Shown: piece by piece, positions 1 through 11,797 of the stretch
Position numbering within the stretch: the first letter of the stretch is position 1
Layout: each line of letters opens with the position of its first letter
NCBI GenBank assembly: GCA_964019335.1
Contig: OZ025649.1
Coordinates: 372,001-436,000, forward strand
DNA from: Diplonema japonicum
Taxonomy: Eukaryota > Protista > Euglenozoa: Diplonemea
Direction: 5' to 3'
Length of the DNA: 64,000 nucleotides
Notes under the pieces: generated by a model
What the model was told of the DNA's origin: nothing
The model's database searches: none
The model's input: the letters and a program-made list of their open reading frames with translations, nothing else
Translations under genes and position numbers: made by a program

Positions 1-1
1 G

Positions 2-676
2 AGGGACATCGCAGACTTCGGGACAAGGTTCCACGCGTTCGTGAACGAAACACTGACAGGCGAACCCGTCGTTACCGGAGAGGCGTGGTCGGAGGAGGAC
101 AAACGCGGCGACATGGAGCAAAGGTACCAAAAAGCCTTTGTGGAATACTATGAACTTCTAAAGGAATTCGGATACAACCTGCACGTGAACGGCAGCGAGA
201 TGATCGTGTTCTCGCCAAAGACAATGTTGGCAGGGACAATCGACTGCCTACTGGAGTGCCCTAAGGGAAACGAAGCGGAACCAAGACCGCATTACCTACT
301 AGTAGACTGGAAGACGAACAAGGCAAAAATGAGGGGGCAGACAGTATTCCCTGGAAGCCCCGAAACCTTGAACTGGCCGTGCGAAGATATCCCAGCCGTG
401 AAACTCGCTGACTATCAGCTGCAAACTAATTGTTATAGGCATCTTCTCGAGACGGAGGGCTACGTTGACCCTGAAATGCCTATTCTCATGGTGGTGGTTC
501 AATTCTTCACCGCTCCTAATGGAGAGGTTGAGGTCGATGGGATAAAAGTGGATAGAATTGATGTCGCTGAGCTAATCGCCTCGTTTGAAGCGTACAATCG
601 CTCTGTGGTGGCAAAGAAGAAGAAAGAAAACACGAAGAGCGTACCGAAAAGCCCTAAGAAATTGCCTTTTGGTTAA
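2..676 (+). CDS. PD-(D/E)xK nuclease (Cas4/RecB/MGME1-like), 5'-partial
   Basis: Frame is open from the window edge (RDIADFGTRFHAFVNE...). Motifs GTxFH, E(MIV), AGTIDCLL, LVDWKT and YQLQxxxY follow the order expected for the PDDEXK_1/Cas4-like fold. Lys-rich tail. Confidence 0.8.
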   Translation, partial: RDIADFGTRFHAFVNETLTGEPVVTGEAWSEEDKRGDMEQRYQKAFVEYYELLKEFGYNLHVNGSEMIVFSPKTMLAGTIDCLLECPKGNEAEPRPHYLLVDWKTNKAKMRGQTVFPGSPETLNWPCEDIPAVKLADYQLQTNCYRHLLETEGYVDPEMPILMVVVQFFTAPNGEVEVDGIKVDRIDVAELIASFEAYNRSVVAKKKKENTKSVPKSPKKLPFG

Positions 677-915
677 AAAGATTTTTCTTTTGTTTTTTTT
701 TTTCTTTTTTCCCGCGTCTTTTTTGAGACGCTTATTTTTTTTTCTTCTTATTCTCAAAATGCTTAGATTTTTTTCCCTATATTTATACCCCTCATTTATT
801 TTAGTAGAAAAAAAAAAAAGAAGAAAAAAAGAGGCGATGTGTGACGCAAAAAAATAGTTAAAAGCAGACATTAAGAAGGGTAAAAAAAAAAACTGTCGAT
901 TATTATTTTTTTCCT

Positions 916-951
<36 letters not shown>

Positions 952-1124
952 AGGATCCCCCTGTTCTCATAGATTTTCAATATTCCTCTTCCCTTCTGTT
1001 TGATAATGTGCTTTTTTTTTTTTTTAATTATTATTTCCCCCCTTTTTTCACCCTGTCTCAAAGTATTTTTTTTACGTTCAGGTGGTCAGGGGTCACAAAA
1101 AAAAAAAAAAAAGAAAAGAAAAAA

Positions 1125-2726
1125 ATGACAGCGTACATGAGGAACATCGCCGACAAGGTGATGCACCCACCAGCGATGCTGAAGGAGCAAGAGTTCCAGT
1201 TGGGAACAATTGAAAAATTCACACACTACGGAAGAGTTCCGTGCAAAATGATCTTGAACCTCGTCGTCAGCATACTGTTGTTGATAAGGGTGTGTGTGTA
1301 CACCCCTGGAGAGAACAAGTACGTGGCACACTCAGTAGAAAGGCTGGGGACAAGCTTTTCACCAATGTGGGAAGCTCCCTCAAACACACGTGTTAATATC
1401 TACAGCTTCGAAGATTTCAGAGAATTTGCTTCGGACAGCTACCAATCGTTCACAGAGCTTCCCAACGATGACACCGGCACATGGCTCATAACGAAGAATC
1501 AAACCATGACAGTGCGATACCTCACACCCCCGCATACATATCGCGAGGTTCTGCTCCAGCCGTCCCTCGATCTCCCAGCTACGGAAATAACATGCGATAT
1601 CGCAAATGAGAACCCCTTGGGACCCTTCAGACCCACCTCACCAGATCGCAACTCAACAGCTTGCGACGGTATCCCCGACATAAAATGGAAAATAAACTCT
1701 GCCGAGGTGTCGTTCACCGCCCGGTCCATCCGACAGGTCGGACACCTCCTCACACCAATCTGCTACCAATGGCACGTCACTCAATACTATGATTTCAAAA
1801 AAGCAGGTCTTATAAGGTTTAACGTTGACATCTTCGGGTCGCTCTGCGGGTTGGAAGGTGTGGACAACGGATTCGGTGCGTCGATGGACTACTTGTGCAT
1901 GTTCATGTTGCTGGTCGGTGTGTGGGGTATGGTGCTGAGGATAAAGTCCGTCCGACGAGTGAGAAAATTACGTCTTATCTTGGAAAATAAAATCAACACA
2001 TCTGGTAGGTCGTCAGCCTACGCGCTGCAGGGCATGTCACCTGAAGACACGGAGGACCTGACAACTGTGTCTTCCGTCGAGACAAACACCTCAAGAATCG
2101 AGTTTCTCCACGAGGCTCTAGACCAAGTCACCACAAACACACAAAATCGAAAGGGATACTCATGGCTAGTTGCAGGGATCTTTGGTGATGTGTTCGTCAT
2201 CATATCTTGCTTCCTTGATCTTTATGTGTACCACACGAACACCGACGTGCCGGGTGACACACTTCAAGCATCAAATGTGATGCTTGGTCTCGCGGCTTTT
2301 GTACAATGGTCTATATTTGTAGCGCACTTGGGCGACCAGCCTTGGCTTTTCCTCCTTATTTCCTCGCTTCGGAAGGGTACTCCTTTGGCGTTGAGGTTCA
2401 TCACAGGCTGTATGCCTATCTACTTGGGTTACGCGTTGCTAGGCACGCACGTCTTCGGCTACTACTGCAAGCGGTTCATCAGTATCGACATCTCTTGCGT
2501 CTCTCTCTTTGCAATGCTCAACGGTGACGTCGTTCACGAGACCTTCTCGGACGTCTTCCCTGATCAGAACTTCTTCACCCAATTCTTCTCCCGCATGTAC
2601 CTCTACTCCTTTATTATTCTCTTCATCTATGTTATCCTCAACATCTTCCTTGCCATCATGGAGGACACCTATTTCCAGATCAAGCAGGCGCTCGTCATCG
2701 ATCTACAGGACGACTTTAAGAAATAG
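1125..2726 (+). CDS. Mucolipin (TRPML) cation channel
   Basis: EKF...PCKMILNL before TM1, large luminal loop, six TM segments, pore SLFAMLNGD.VHETF, and S6 SRMYLYSFIILFIYVILNIFLAIMEDTY. ATG 1125 follows a T-rich AG acceptor-like site near 1080. Confidence 0.9.
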   Translation: MTAYMRNIADKVMHPPAMLKEQEFQLGTIEKFTHYGRVPCKMILNLVVSILLLIRVCVYTPGENKYVAHSVERLGTSFSPMWEAPSNTRVNIYSFEDFREFASDSYQSFTELPNDDTGTWLITKNQTMTVRYLTPPHTYREVLLQPSLDLPATEITCDIANENPLGPFRPTSPDRNSTACDGIPDIKWKINSAEVSFTARSIRQVGHLLTPICYQWHVTQYYDFKKAGLIRFNVDIFGSLCGLEGVDNGFGASMDYLCMFMLLVGVWGMVLRIKSVRRVRKLRLILENKINTSGRSSAYALQGMSPEDTEDLTTVSSVETNTSRIEFLHEALDQVTTNTQNRKGYSWLVAGIFGDVFVIISCFLDLYVYHTNTDVPGDTLQASNVMLGLAAFVQWSIFVAHLGDQPWLFLLISSLRKGTPLALRFITGCMPIYLGYALLGTHVFGYYCKRFISIDISCVSLFAMLNGDVVHETFSDVFPDQNFFTQFFSRMYLYSFIILFIYVILNIFLAIMEDTYFQIKQALVIDLQDDFKK

Positions 2727-2906
2727 AAAAATAAAAATCACCCCCCCCGTTCCCCCCCCCGCGCTCCTTCCTTTTGTGGCAATGTTCTTCGTTTTCTTCT
2801 TTTTTCTGATTTATTCGCTTCTTTCCGGTTTTTTTTTTTTTTTTTTCTCTCTTTCCGGTTTTATTTGTTTCACCCTTTCGATATCATACAGCACAGCATA
2901 GGCAAG

Positions 2907-4103
2907 ATGGATGACCTGTTGGAGGAGCTGGGTGATGACGTGGTAACCATGGGTCAGGGTGAAGAACAGAAGGAACAAGGGTACCTGCCCGGGTACGGTC
3001 CGGTGCCCAAGTCGCCTCCACCCCAGTACGATGAAGCAGTGATGATGAAAAGGCAACAGCAACAGCAGGCTAGACTGCCTCCGTCACAGACACTGCCGTC
3101 GGTCCCCACCAACAGGGACACGTTGATGAGCATGATGCAGGCAGCACCAGAGATCCCTTTTGAGGACGAGTGGGAAGACGTGGTGATCGACAAGCCTGGC
3201 TACGGTGTGCTGGTGCACCCTATCAAGAGCAGCATGGGGATGAGCGACGTTATCGAAATAAGCAGAGAAATGGAGACGACATTCAAGGTCAGGTTCGGGA
3301 AGCCGATCCTCCTCCGCAGGAAGGAGATGGCGTATGTCGATTGCAAGGATGCTGCCTCCGAGCAGCTTGTCGTCTACAAGCGGACGTTCAACAGCAATGT
3401 AGGCCCCATGAAGGTCATGACCAGGAGAGAAGTATTCGGTGCCAGAATGGCAGCGAGGACACCCCCACCACCGCAACAGCCAGCGGTTGTCCGAGATGCA
3501 ACGGGGTCGGGTGTGTTTGTTCCCTTTGGAGGTGCACCCGCACCGAAGAGGGTTAGGTCCCTCAGTTTATCGAGCACAACAACTAGCAGCTCGTCTTCAA
3601 CAGACTCAAGGGGGAGGAAGCGGTCCCGGAGGGACAAGCGGAAACTACGCAGGAAGGTGAAGAAGGAACGCAGGCGGCTAAAGGAGACAGAGCAGCACAC
3701 TAGCAATCAGAACCCGTACTCCAACACCTTTGACCCGCTGGCCATGCCGTACCGACCCCCTCCTCCAGACCCGAACACCACCTTCCTCCTCCAACCCTCT
3801 GGCGGGCCCCCTGAGTGCGGGAGGTGCCGCACAACACTCAGGCGCGACTATCCATCGAAATGCCCGAACTGTGGGGCACCGCTGAGAAAGCAGTCTGACA
3901 AAGACAAGGATAGGGACAAGCGGAGAGACAGGGACAGGGACAGGGACAAGAGAGGCAGGTATGATAATACAAAAAACTCAGTACAAATTCTTTTTTTTTT
4001 CAGGCATCGGCGGTCTGGGTCCTTCGACAGAGATAGGGATAGGGATAGAGATAGGAGAGACAGGGATAGGGACAGGGACAGAAGGGACCGAGGACGGAGA
4101 TAA
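2907..4103 (+). CDS. RD/RS-rich putative RNA-binding protein with degenerate RRM-like region and CxxC-CxxC zinc ribbon
   Basis: AYVDC RNP1-like segment, CGRC...CPNC, and a C-terminal (RD)n tract. Predicted in-frame intron 3959-4003 (gtatg...ttttcag, 45 nt). Confidence 0.55.
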   Translation: MDDLLEELGDDVVTMGQGEEQKEQGYLPGYGPVPKSPPPQYDEAVMMKRQQQQQARLPPSQTLPSVPTNRDTLMSMMQAAPEIPFEDEWEDVVIDKPGYGVLVHPIKSSMGMSDVIEISREMETTFKVRFGKPILLRRKEMAYVDCKDAASEQLVVYKRTFNSNVGPMKVMTRREVFGARMAARTPPPPQQPAVVRDATGSGVFVPFGGAPAPKRVRSLSLSSTTTSSSSSTDSRGRKRSRRDKRKLRRKVKKERRRLKETEQHTSNQNPYSNTFDPLAMPYRPPPPDPNTTFLLQPSGGPPECGRCRTTLRRDYPSKCPNCGAPLRKQSDKDKDRDKRRDRDRDRDKRGRYDNTKNSVQILFFFRHRRSGSFDRDRDRDRDRRDRDRDRDRRDRGRR

Positions 4104-4608
4104 ATGAGGTGGAAATATAAATTTTTCAAAAAAAAAAAAAAAAAGTGTGTAAAACTAATTCAAACATAAACAAGGGAAGGAGTAGGGGAGGGGGAGGTTT
4201 TGTACAAATAAAAAAAAGGAAAATGACAAAGAAAGGTTTTTCAAACTTTTCCCCCCCTCCTCGCCTTCTTCCCTCCCAACCCGTCACATTGTTCGGTCTC
4301 TTCGGTTTTTACGATTCGTTACCGTCCCACTGCAGGATTCAGTACCGCGAGAAGCATAACGGTTCTTCTTTTTAAAGAAAATATTTTCTTATTATTTTTC
4401 TCGTCTCAGTCATTGGGAGGGAGGGGGTTTTTTTTAACTCGGGGCCGGTGGGGGAAAAAAAAAAAAAAATGGGTGCGAAGAAAGTTAACTATACAGCCAC
4501 CCTCCCCCTCCCCTCCCTCCCTCCATTCTCATTTCAGTAGTCTCTTTCCCCCCCTTCTTTTTCCTACATTGTCCAATGCTCATATAGGAGGGGAGGGTGA
4601 GGGGGAAA

Positions 4609-7600
4609 ATGAGTAAAACTAGAACCAAGAAAGCGAAGGAAGAAGCTTACGATGCAGCTTATGAAAAGCTGTCCCACCACGAACAGATTTTGCTGAGGCC
4701 CGACACATATGTTGGGAGCTTCGAGCAAAGCACCGAGAAAATGTGGGTGTACAACAGCACAGAGAAGGAGATGGAACTGAGAGTTCTCACGTGGGTCCCA
4801 GGGCTGTACAAAATATTTGATGAGATCCTTGTGAACGCTGCCGACAACAGAGAGAAGGACTCCTCCCAGTCCAAAATCAAGGTCGAGATCAACAGAGAAA
4901 AAGGCTTCATCAAAGTTTGGAACAACGGACAAGGCATTCCCGTACACATGCACTCTGAGCACAAACTGTTCATCCCGGACATGATTTTCGGGCATCTGCT
5001 TACATCTGGCAACTACAAGGACGATCAACAGAAGACAACAGGTGGCAGAAACGGACTGGGGGCGAAGCTTGCAAACATCTTTTCCACGAAATTCATCCTA
5101 GAGACTTGTCACGGAGAGACAGGGAAGAAGTTTAAAAAAACATGGACCAAAAACATGTACAAAGCAGAGGATGCGATCATCACCGACTCTGGGGGTGACG
5201 ATGACTATACAAGCGTGACGTTCTGGCCTGATTGGAAGCGGTTCGGAATGGATGGGTTCGACGATGACACCATCGATCTCTTCAACAAGCGTGTGATCGA
5301 CATTGCTGGCGTCACCGACAAGTCCCTCAAGGTCTACCTTAACGGCAAGCTCGCTCCAGTCCAGGACTTCCAGAACTACGTGGAGCTCTTCCCTGGTCTC
5401 GGCGAGGAGAAAATGAAGGAATCCTACGCATCACCCAACGCCCGCTGGCAGATATGCATCCGACCCTCTAACATCGACTACCAGCAAATCTCCTTCGTGA
5501 ATTCCATCTGGACCATCAAAGGTGGCAAACACGTTCAATACATCGTCGATCAGGCCGTGACGAAAGTCTCAGAGGCCATCGCCAAGAAGAACAAAAAGGT
5601 CGACATCACCGCGACAAACGTGAAGCCCTTCCTGTGGGTCTTTGTGAACGCCAGGATTGTGAACCCCGCATTCGATTCGCAGACAAAGGAGACCTTGAAC
5701 ACTCCCAAATCAAAGTTCGGGTCGACATGCGAAGTTCCGCAGAAAATGATCGACTCGCTTGTGAAGGTCATCCATGAGCGTGTCATGGAGCGTGTCAACA
5801 ACAAGTTATACAGGATGATGGCGTCTAAGGCCGCTGCAGGTGGAAAGTCCCGCCTTGTGAACGTCCCGAAGCTCGATGATGCTAACGACGCTGGTACAAG
5901 GAGAGGTTCCCAGTGCACGCTGATCCTCACCGAGGGTGACTCCGCCAAGTCCATGGTTATCAGTGGATTGGGGAAGATCGGCAGAGACCGATACGGAGTG
6001 TTCCCCTTAAGAGGTAAGCCTCTGAACGTGCGAGAGGCAAGCACAAAACAAGTTACGGGTTGTAAAGAGGTTCAGAACCTCATGAAAATCATCGGCCTGA
6101 AACCCGGCCAAAAGTACACGGATACCAGCCAGCTGCGCTACGGGTCCGTGATGATCATGACCGATCAGGACCACGATGGGTCGCACATCAAGGGGCTTCT
6201 CATCAACATGTTCCACTTCATGTGGCCCGAGCTGCTCACGCTGAAGGGCTTCCTCGTGCAGTTCATCACGCCTATTGTGAAAGGCTTCAAGAAGGGCGTG
6301 AAAGACGACGATGGGGTCGTCTTCTTCACCATCCCTGACTTCCTGAAGTTCAAGACAGAGATGGAGAAGAAAGGCAAGAAGTACGACTACAAGTACTACA
6401 AGGGTCTGGGTACATCGTCAACAAAGGAGGCGAAGGAGTACTTCTCAGAGCTAGACAAGCATCAGGTTGACTTCGTGTACGACAGGGACGGCGACGACGA
6501 CAGGAACATCGAGCTGGCATTCTCGAAGAAGATGATCGAAGACAGGAAAAGGTGGATCACAAACCACAAGCCTGGTGTGTGGGTCGACTACAACATCAAG
6601 ATGCTGGGCTACAGCGAGTTCATCAACAAGGAGCTCATCCTGTTTTCAATCGCCGACTGCGAGCGTTCCATCCCCTCCGTTATCGACGGTCTGAAACCAG
6701 GACAGCGCAAGATTCTCTTCGGTGCCTTTAAGCGAAACCTCACACGTGAAATCAAGGTCGCTCAGTTCTCTGGTTACGTCTCTGAACATGGTGCCTACCA
6801 CCACGGCGAGAAGTCCCTCCAAGACACCATCACCAACATGGCACAGAATTTCACAGGTGGTAACAACCTGCCGTTCTTGAAACCTTGTGGTCAGTTTGGT
6901 AGCAGGGCTCAAGGCGGCAAGGACCACGCCTCTGCGCGTTACATCTTCACTAAGCTCGACGACATCACCAGATGCATATTCCCAAAGGTGGACGACAACC
7001 TGCTATCGTACAAGGACGACGACGGGAAGCTTGTAGAGCCTGAGTACTACATTCCCATCATCCCTACGTGCCTGCTGAACGGACAGGCGGGCATTGGAAC
7101 AGGCTTCGCAACGAACATCCCCAACTACAACCCGCAAGACTTGATCAATGCAGCAAGAGCCTTGATTAAAGGAGAGGAGATGAGCGAGCTCACCCCGTGG
7201 TACAGGGGCTTCAACGGTACGATCAGGAAGAAGGGTGCTGGGAAGTACGTCGCAGAAGGTGTTGTGGAGGTGGTGGACTCGCAAGTGGTGCGGGTTGTCG
7301 AGGTTCCTGTGAAGTACTGGACAGATGACTTCAAGGACGATCTCACGAAGAAGCTAGAGAAGGGCCTCATTGTGGAGTTCAGAAACCACATCACAGGAGA
7401 CAACGTAGATGTGGACGTGGCACTGCGCCCCGACGTGCTTGCAAAGCTCGTCAGCAACAACCAGCTCATCAATTTCTTCGACCTCCGTGAGAACATCCAC
7501 TGCTCCAACCTGATCTGCTTTGACAAAAACCATGTGCTGCACAAGTATAACGAACCTGAGGACATTGTCAAAGAGTGGTACCTCGTGAGGCTTGCCACCT

Positions 7601-8831
7601 ATGTGGCACGCAAGAAGTATCTCATTGACGAGCTTACTAAAACCTGCATCAAGCTGAAGAACATGGTACGTTTCATCAACGAAGTGAACGACGGCAGCCT
7701 TCAGATCAGGAACAGGAAGAAGGCGGCACTGATGGATGAGCTTGCAAAGAAGGACTACGCGGAGATCTTCCCGCAGAAAACTAAAATGACCAGCAAAACT
7801 GCTGTAGAAACAGATGCACCCGAGAGTGATCAGGAGGAAGACGACGATCCTGCCACAAAGTACACGAAATCCAAGGATAGCGAGAAGGGCAATGGATACG
7901 AGTACTTGCTTGGGATGAAGCTGTGGTCCGTGACGTACGAGAAGGCAAGACAGCTTGAAGAGCAGCTAAAGAACGCTGAGAAGGACCTCGATGACCTCAA
8001 GAAGAAGGCAGAGAAGGACATGTGGCTCGACGACCTTGACGTCCTGGAGACCACCCTGAAAAAGACGAACAAGGAGTGGGAAATTGACATCAAGGACAAG
8101 CCCCAAGAAACAAAGACCACAGCAAGGAGAGGTACAAAGAAAGCAGCTGCGAAGCAAACACGCCTGACACAGCAGATGGTAAAAGCGCCAAAGCTAACAC
8201 CAGAGATGGAGAAGGCTATGAAGGACGAGTACGCTAGGATAGAAAGGAAGGCTGCACTGGACTCCAAGGAACCGAGTGAGAAAAAGAGAAAAGTGAAGGA
8301 GGTTAAGGACGATGACGATGAGGAAGCACCGAAGAAGAAGCCAAGGACAGTGGCCGACACAAAGGCTAAGAGGAAACCCGCAGCGAAGAAGGGGAAAAAG
8401 AAAAAAGATAGTGATACAGAAGAGAGCTCTTACGCCTCTTATGCCGCAGAGTCGTCCTCTTCCGACAGTGACACAGACAGCAGCAGCAGTACTGGCAGTG
8501 GCAGTGGCAGTGATTCTTCCGATGATGATTTATTGGCAAGCAAGAAGAGGGCATCGAGAAAGCCCGCACCTAAAGCTGTTAAGAAACCCAGCCCTAAGAA
8601 AACTGTGAAGAAACCCAGCCCCAAAAAGGAAACTGTCAGTAGGAAGCGTGCGATGCAGAACCTCTTTGGTGACAATGACAGCGACGATGAGTATGCTAAG
8701 AAGAAAAAAATAAAAAAATAAAAAAATGCAGTTTCCTAAACTTCGACCCCACAAACTTCGATATGCTGAATAGCAACAGCAGCGCAAAGAAGGCGAAGAA
8801 ATCAGCCGTTGAAGACGATGATTCTGAGTGA
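4609..8831 (+). CDS. TOP2: DNA topoisomerase II (type IIA)
   Basis: EILVNAADN, GGRNGLGAK, TEGDSA, PLRGK, MTDQDHDGSHIKGL, DGLKPGQRK, AYHHGE and catalytic SARY, then a charged CTD. Intron 8691-8731 (41 nt) extends the frame to ...DFLNFDPTNFDML...DDDSE* at 8829-8831. Confidence 0.98.
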
Positions 8832-9343
8832 GTAAAGTGATTTTTTTTTTTTTTTCCTTAATCCAATAGTCCCAAATAGATACCTTATGCTTAGATTTTA
8901 GAGTTATTTTTTATTGTTGATCACTTAGCCCAGCCCTTGTAGAGGTGGTTATTTTTATTTTATTTTATTTTTACTATATTTTTTCGATCCCCACGGCGAC
9001 CGGCTTTGTACGCTGGCGTTTTGAGGACAGAAAAGGAGGGGAGGAAAATACAAAGAAAAGCGAAAAAGAGAAAGAAGAGAAAGAAAAAAAAAGAGAATTA
9101 TTTTGTTCCGCTTTTTTTCTTCTTCTTTACTTGTTAGCCCAGCTTTTTTTTTCCTTCTTTTTTTTGTTTTTCTTTATTGCCCCTTCATTTAATTTTTTTT
9201 CGTTTCTGAAGAACCCTACCCGCAAAGGCTGCTCAGCCTCTTTTTTTTTTTTTTTATTAGGAGTTTTTTTTTTTTTTTTTTTCTTTTGCTTCCCGAATTA
9301 AAAAAAGAAAATACTATTCACAGGCAGGGGAAAAAAAAGCAGC

Positions 9344-11401
9344 ATGGTCGTCAACACACCACAGGCATCGCCTGGCAAGGTGCCCATCAGGCCAAATGGT
9401 CTGCTAACACCACCGAGGAGAGTGGAAATACCAATTCCTCCAATGTCCCCGCAGGTAGGTGATACTATACAAATGCTTGTGAGCAGGAGGTTCGCCTTAG
9501 ATACGAGGGCAGCCTTTGGTGCAGACGCAGAATCTCTCACTGAAGGGGTTGACATTTTAAAAGCATGGGAAGAGAAGATGAATGTGAAGATGGCAGTGAT
9601 TGAAGACGCACATGGACTGGAGATCCACGCGGACTCAAGCATCGTTACCTCCGTGCAACCAGGGGGATCCTCTTACTCCTCTGGCCTCACGGAGGGCATG
9701 AAGGTGCTCTCTATACGCCACGACAACTGCGAGATCGCCCTCAAGGACTTCAAGAACCCCTCCCTTGTCCCCTTCACGGTTACCTACCAGCACAGCCCCA
9801 TCATCAAGAATAGCATTGTCATAATCGCTGCCAAGGAGGTCGAGCTCAAGTCCGGTAAAACCCTTGCCAGGCATACAAAAGGCTTCGCTCTTGGCTTTCA
9901 TAGCACCAACAAGCAAGTTCTAGCAAAGTTCCAGGACACTGTCATATGGATCGACACTAAGATGGTGACAGGGGGCAGGCCACACACCACCCTTACAGAA
10001 GAGGAGAAACGTGATGTTGCTGTGATGCTGACGCAGGCATACTCATCTGACGGTGTGCACCTTGAGAAGGAAGAGTACTCCGAGCTGTGCAAGGACGTTG
10101 GCATGGACAACATGTACGAGCTGGCGAAAAACGATGGCGGGAAGGTGACTTCGAAAGGACTCAAAAGCACAGCTGGACGTCTGCTGTCCGACCACGAGCA
10201 GGTCCTGAGGGACATCGCGCTGTCAAAGAGCGCTGCGGCCGAGATCGGGAAGACACGCGACACCGTCTGTGCAGGGAAAGCAGAGGGCATGCAGCCTACC
10301 ACCCTCAGCAGCGTCAACATAGAACTGACGTCAAAGAAACTGATTGCCATATTCTCTTCGAAGTCCGGCACAGTGCTCGACGAGCTGCTGGAGAACTTTA
10401 TCGCCCCCAAAGGAACAGACAAGCTACTCGTCTTGGCTGAAGCATCACGTGCCTTGTTTGCTCAGAAATCGAAGTTTTACCCGGGGAAGACCCAGTCAGA
10501 CCTACTGCTCATGCTCCTCTACACCATGGCTGGCCCTGACATCGATCAGTTGATGCAGTTCCGTGACGTCCCGCAGTACGGCGGTGATGAGTGGACGGAG
10601 TACACAAAGAGTGTGAGCCCCGACAGGAACGGTGCGATGTTCTCTGCTGTGAACGGGATCATGAGGGGAGTCTCTGCCCCTGACTTCGATTGGGGTTGCG
10701 TCAAGAAATGGGTCAAGACAATTTGCCACCTGTACGGGCTGTGCGTGGGGAACGCCGTGTCAGCAGACGAGCAGTTGGCGCGAGGCTTGGCAGGCCTGCC
10801 TGACCCTGTCGTCGCTTCGCACAAAACATTGAAACCCGGATCGGAGCTCCACTGGACGGCGCCGTCTAGCTGTGCAGTAGACCCTTCTGTTGCGCACTCA
10901 TACATCAAGGGCCAGGCGGCTAACGCCGTGAAGACTTCTGGCGGGTCGATTTTGTTCAACGTGAGCGGAGTGGCGCAGGCACTGCCACTGCAGAAGATCT
11001 CGAAGTACCCGAAAGAAGCGGAGGTACTGGTGCCCCCGCTGAGCACGTTGAAGGTGAAAAAGATAGGGCATAACGAAGAGGGAGGGTACTTGGACATCGT
11101 GCTGGAATGGGAGAGCGCGTCGAAGCACATCCCCAATGAAATACTGAAGCGTATTGGGAAGGAGTCCAAGGACAGCACGGCAGAACTCGTTAGAAGGTCT
11201 GAAGAGAAGGATAATGCTGTTGCACTACTGATTAAGAAGCCCGCAGCAGTGTTGAGCCAACACCCTCCTTGGTTGCCGACCTCACCCCGTCCTGGGTTCC
11301 GTACTCCCCAACCTGCTTCGCTCTCCCTTGATCACCACTCCTACCATGCTGTCACTTGCTACAATGCCCATTCTCCGACATCTCCGCGAAGGCAGCGGTA
11401 G
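9344..11401 (+). CDS. PDZ-domain-containing mono-ADP-ribosyltransferase (R-S-E / ARTC type)
   Basis: PDZ-like GLEIH...VTSVQPGGSSYSSGLTEGMKVLSI. ART core LYT...VNGIMR...LARGL (R at 10781), WTAPSSCA (10865) and ISKYPKEAEVLVPPLS (ExE 11015-11023). No signal peptide. A short extra 3' exon is possible. Confidence 0.75.
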   Translation: MVVNTPQASPGKVPIRPNGLLTPPRRVEIPIPPMSPQVGDTIQMLVSRRFALDTRAAFGADAESLTEGVDILKAWEEKMNVKMAVIEDAHGLEIHADSSIVTSVQPGGSSYSSGLTEGMKVLSIRHDNCEIALKDFKNPSLVPFTVTYQHSPIIKNSIVIIAAKEVELKSGKTLARHTKGFALGFHSTNKQVLAKFQDTVIWIDTKMVTGGRPHTTLTEEEKRDVAVMLTQAYSSDGVHLEKEEYSELCKDVGMDNMYELAKNDGGKVTSKGLKSTAGRLLSDHEQVLRDIALSKSAAAEIGKTRDTVCAGKAEGMQPTTLSSVNIELTSKKLIAIFSSKSGTVLDELLENFIAPKGTDKLLVLAEASRALFAQKSKFYPGKTQSDLLLMLLYTMAGPDIDQLMQFRDVPQYGGDEWTEYTKSVSPDRNGAMFSAVNGIMRGVSAPDFDWGCVKKWVKTICHLYGLCVGNAVSADEQLARGLAGLPDPVVASHKTLKPGSELHWTAPSSCAVDPSVAHSYIKGQAANAVKTSGGSILFNVSGVAQALPLQKISKYPKEAEVLVPPLSTLKVKKIGHNEEGGYLDIVLEWESASKHIPNEILKRIGKESKDSTAELVRRSEEKDNAVALLIKKPAAVLSQHPPWLPTSPRPGFRTPQPASLSLDHHSYHAVTCYNAHSPTSPRRQR

Positions 11402-11797
11402 AACGAAGCCGCCATTCTTTTCAGATGCCATCCATGACCGACAGGCAAAACCCCGATGTCCGGCACCAGTATGCGGCTGCAGAATGGTGACAGGATCCCC
11501 AGTCCACGGCACCAACCATCGCACAAGAAATAGATTGAGTGGTTTGTTGCGCATGCTGCCTCTAGCTCGTATCCCGTCTCCTCTTTAGATGTGTAACGGA
11601 AGATTCTATTTGTTTTCTTCTAGTTTGAAATCAAAATTATTGTACATTATTTTTATTTATTTTTTTTGTTCCATCCCCCTCCACCTCTCTCCCGTGTATC
11701 TCCATTTGTTGCTGTTGTATTAAACGGAACTATATTGTTCTTGATTTTTTTTTCCTTTTTTCTTTTTCCTTGCATCATCTGAAACTTTTTACCAGTG

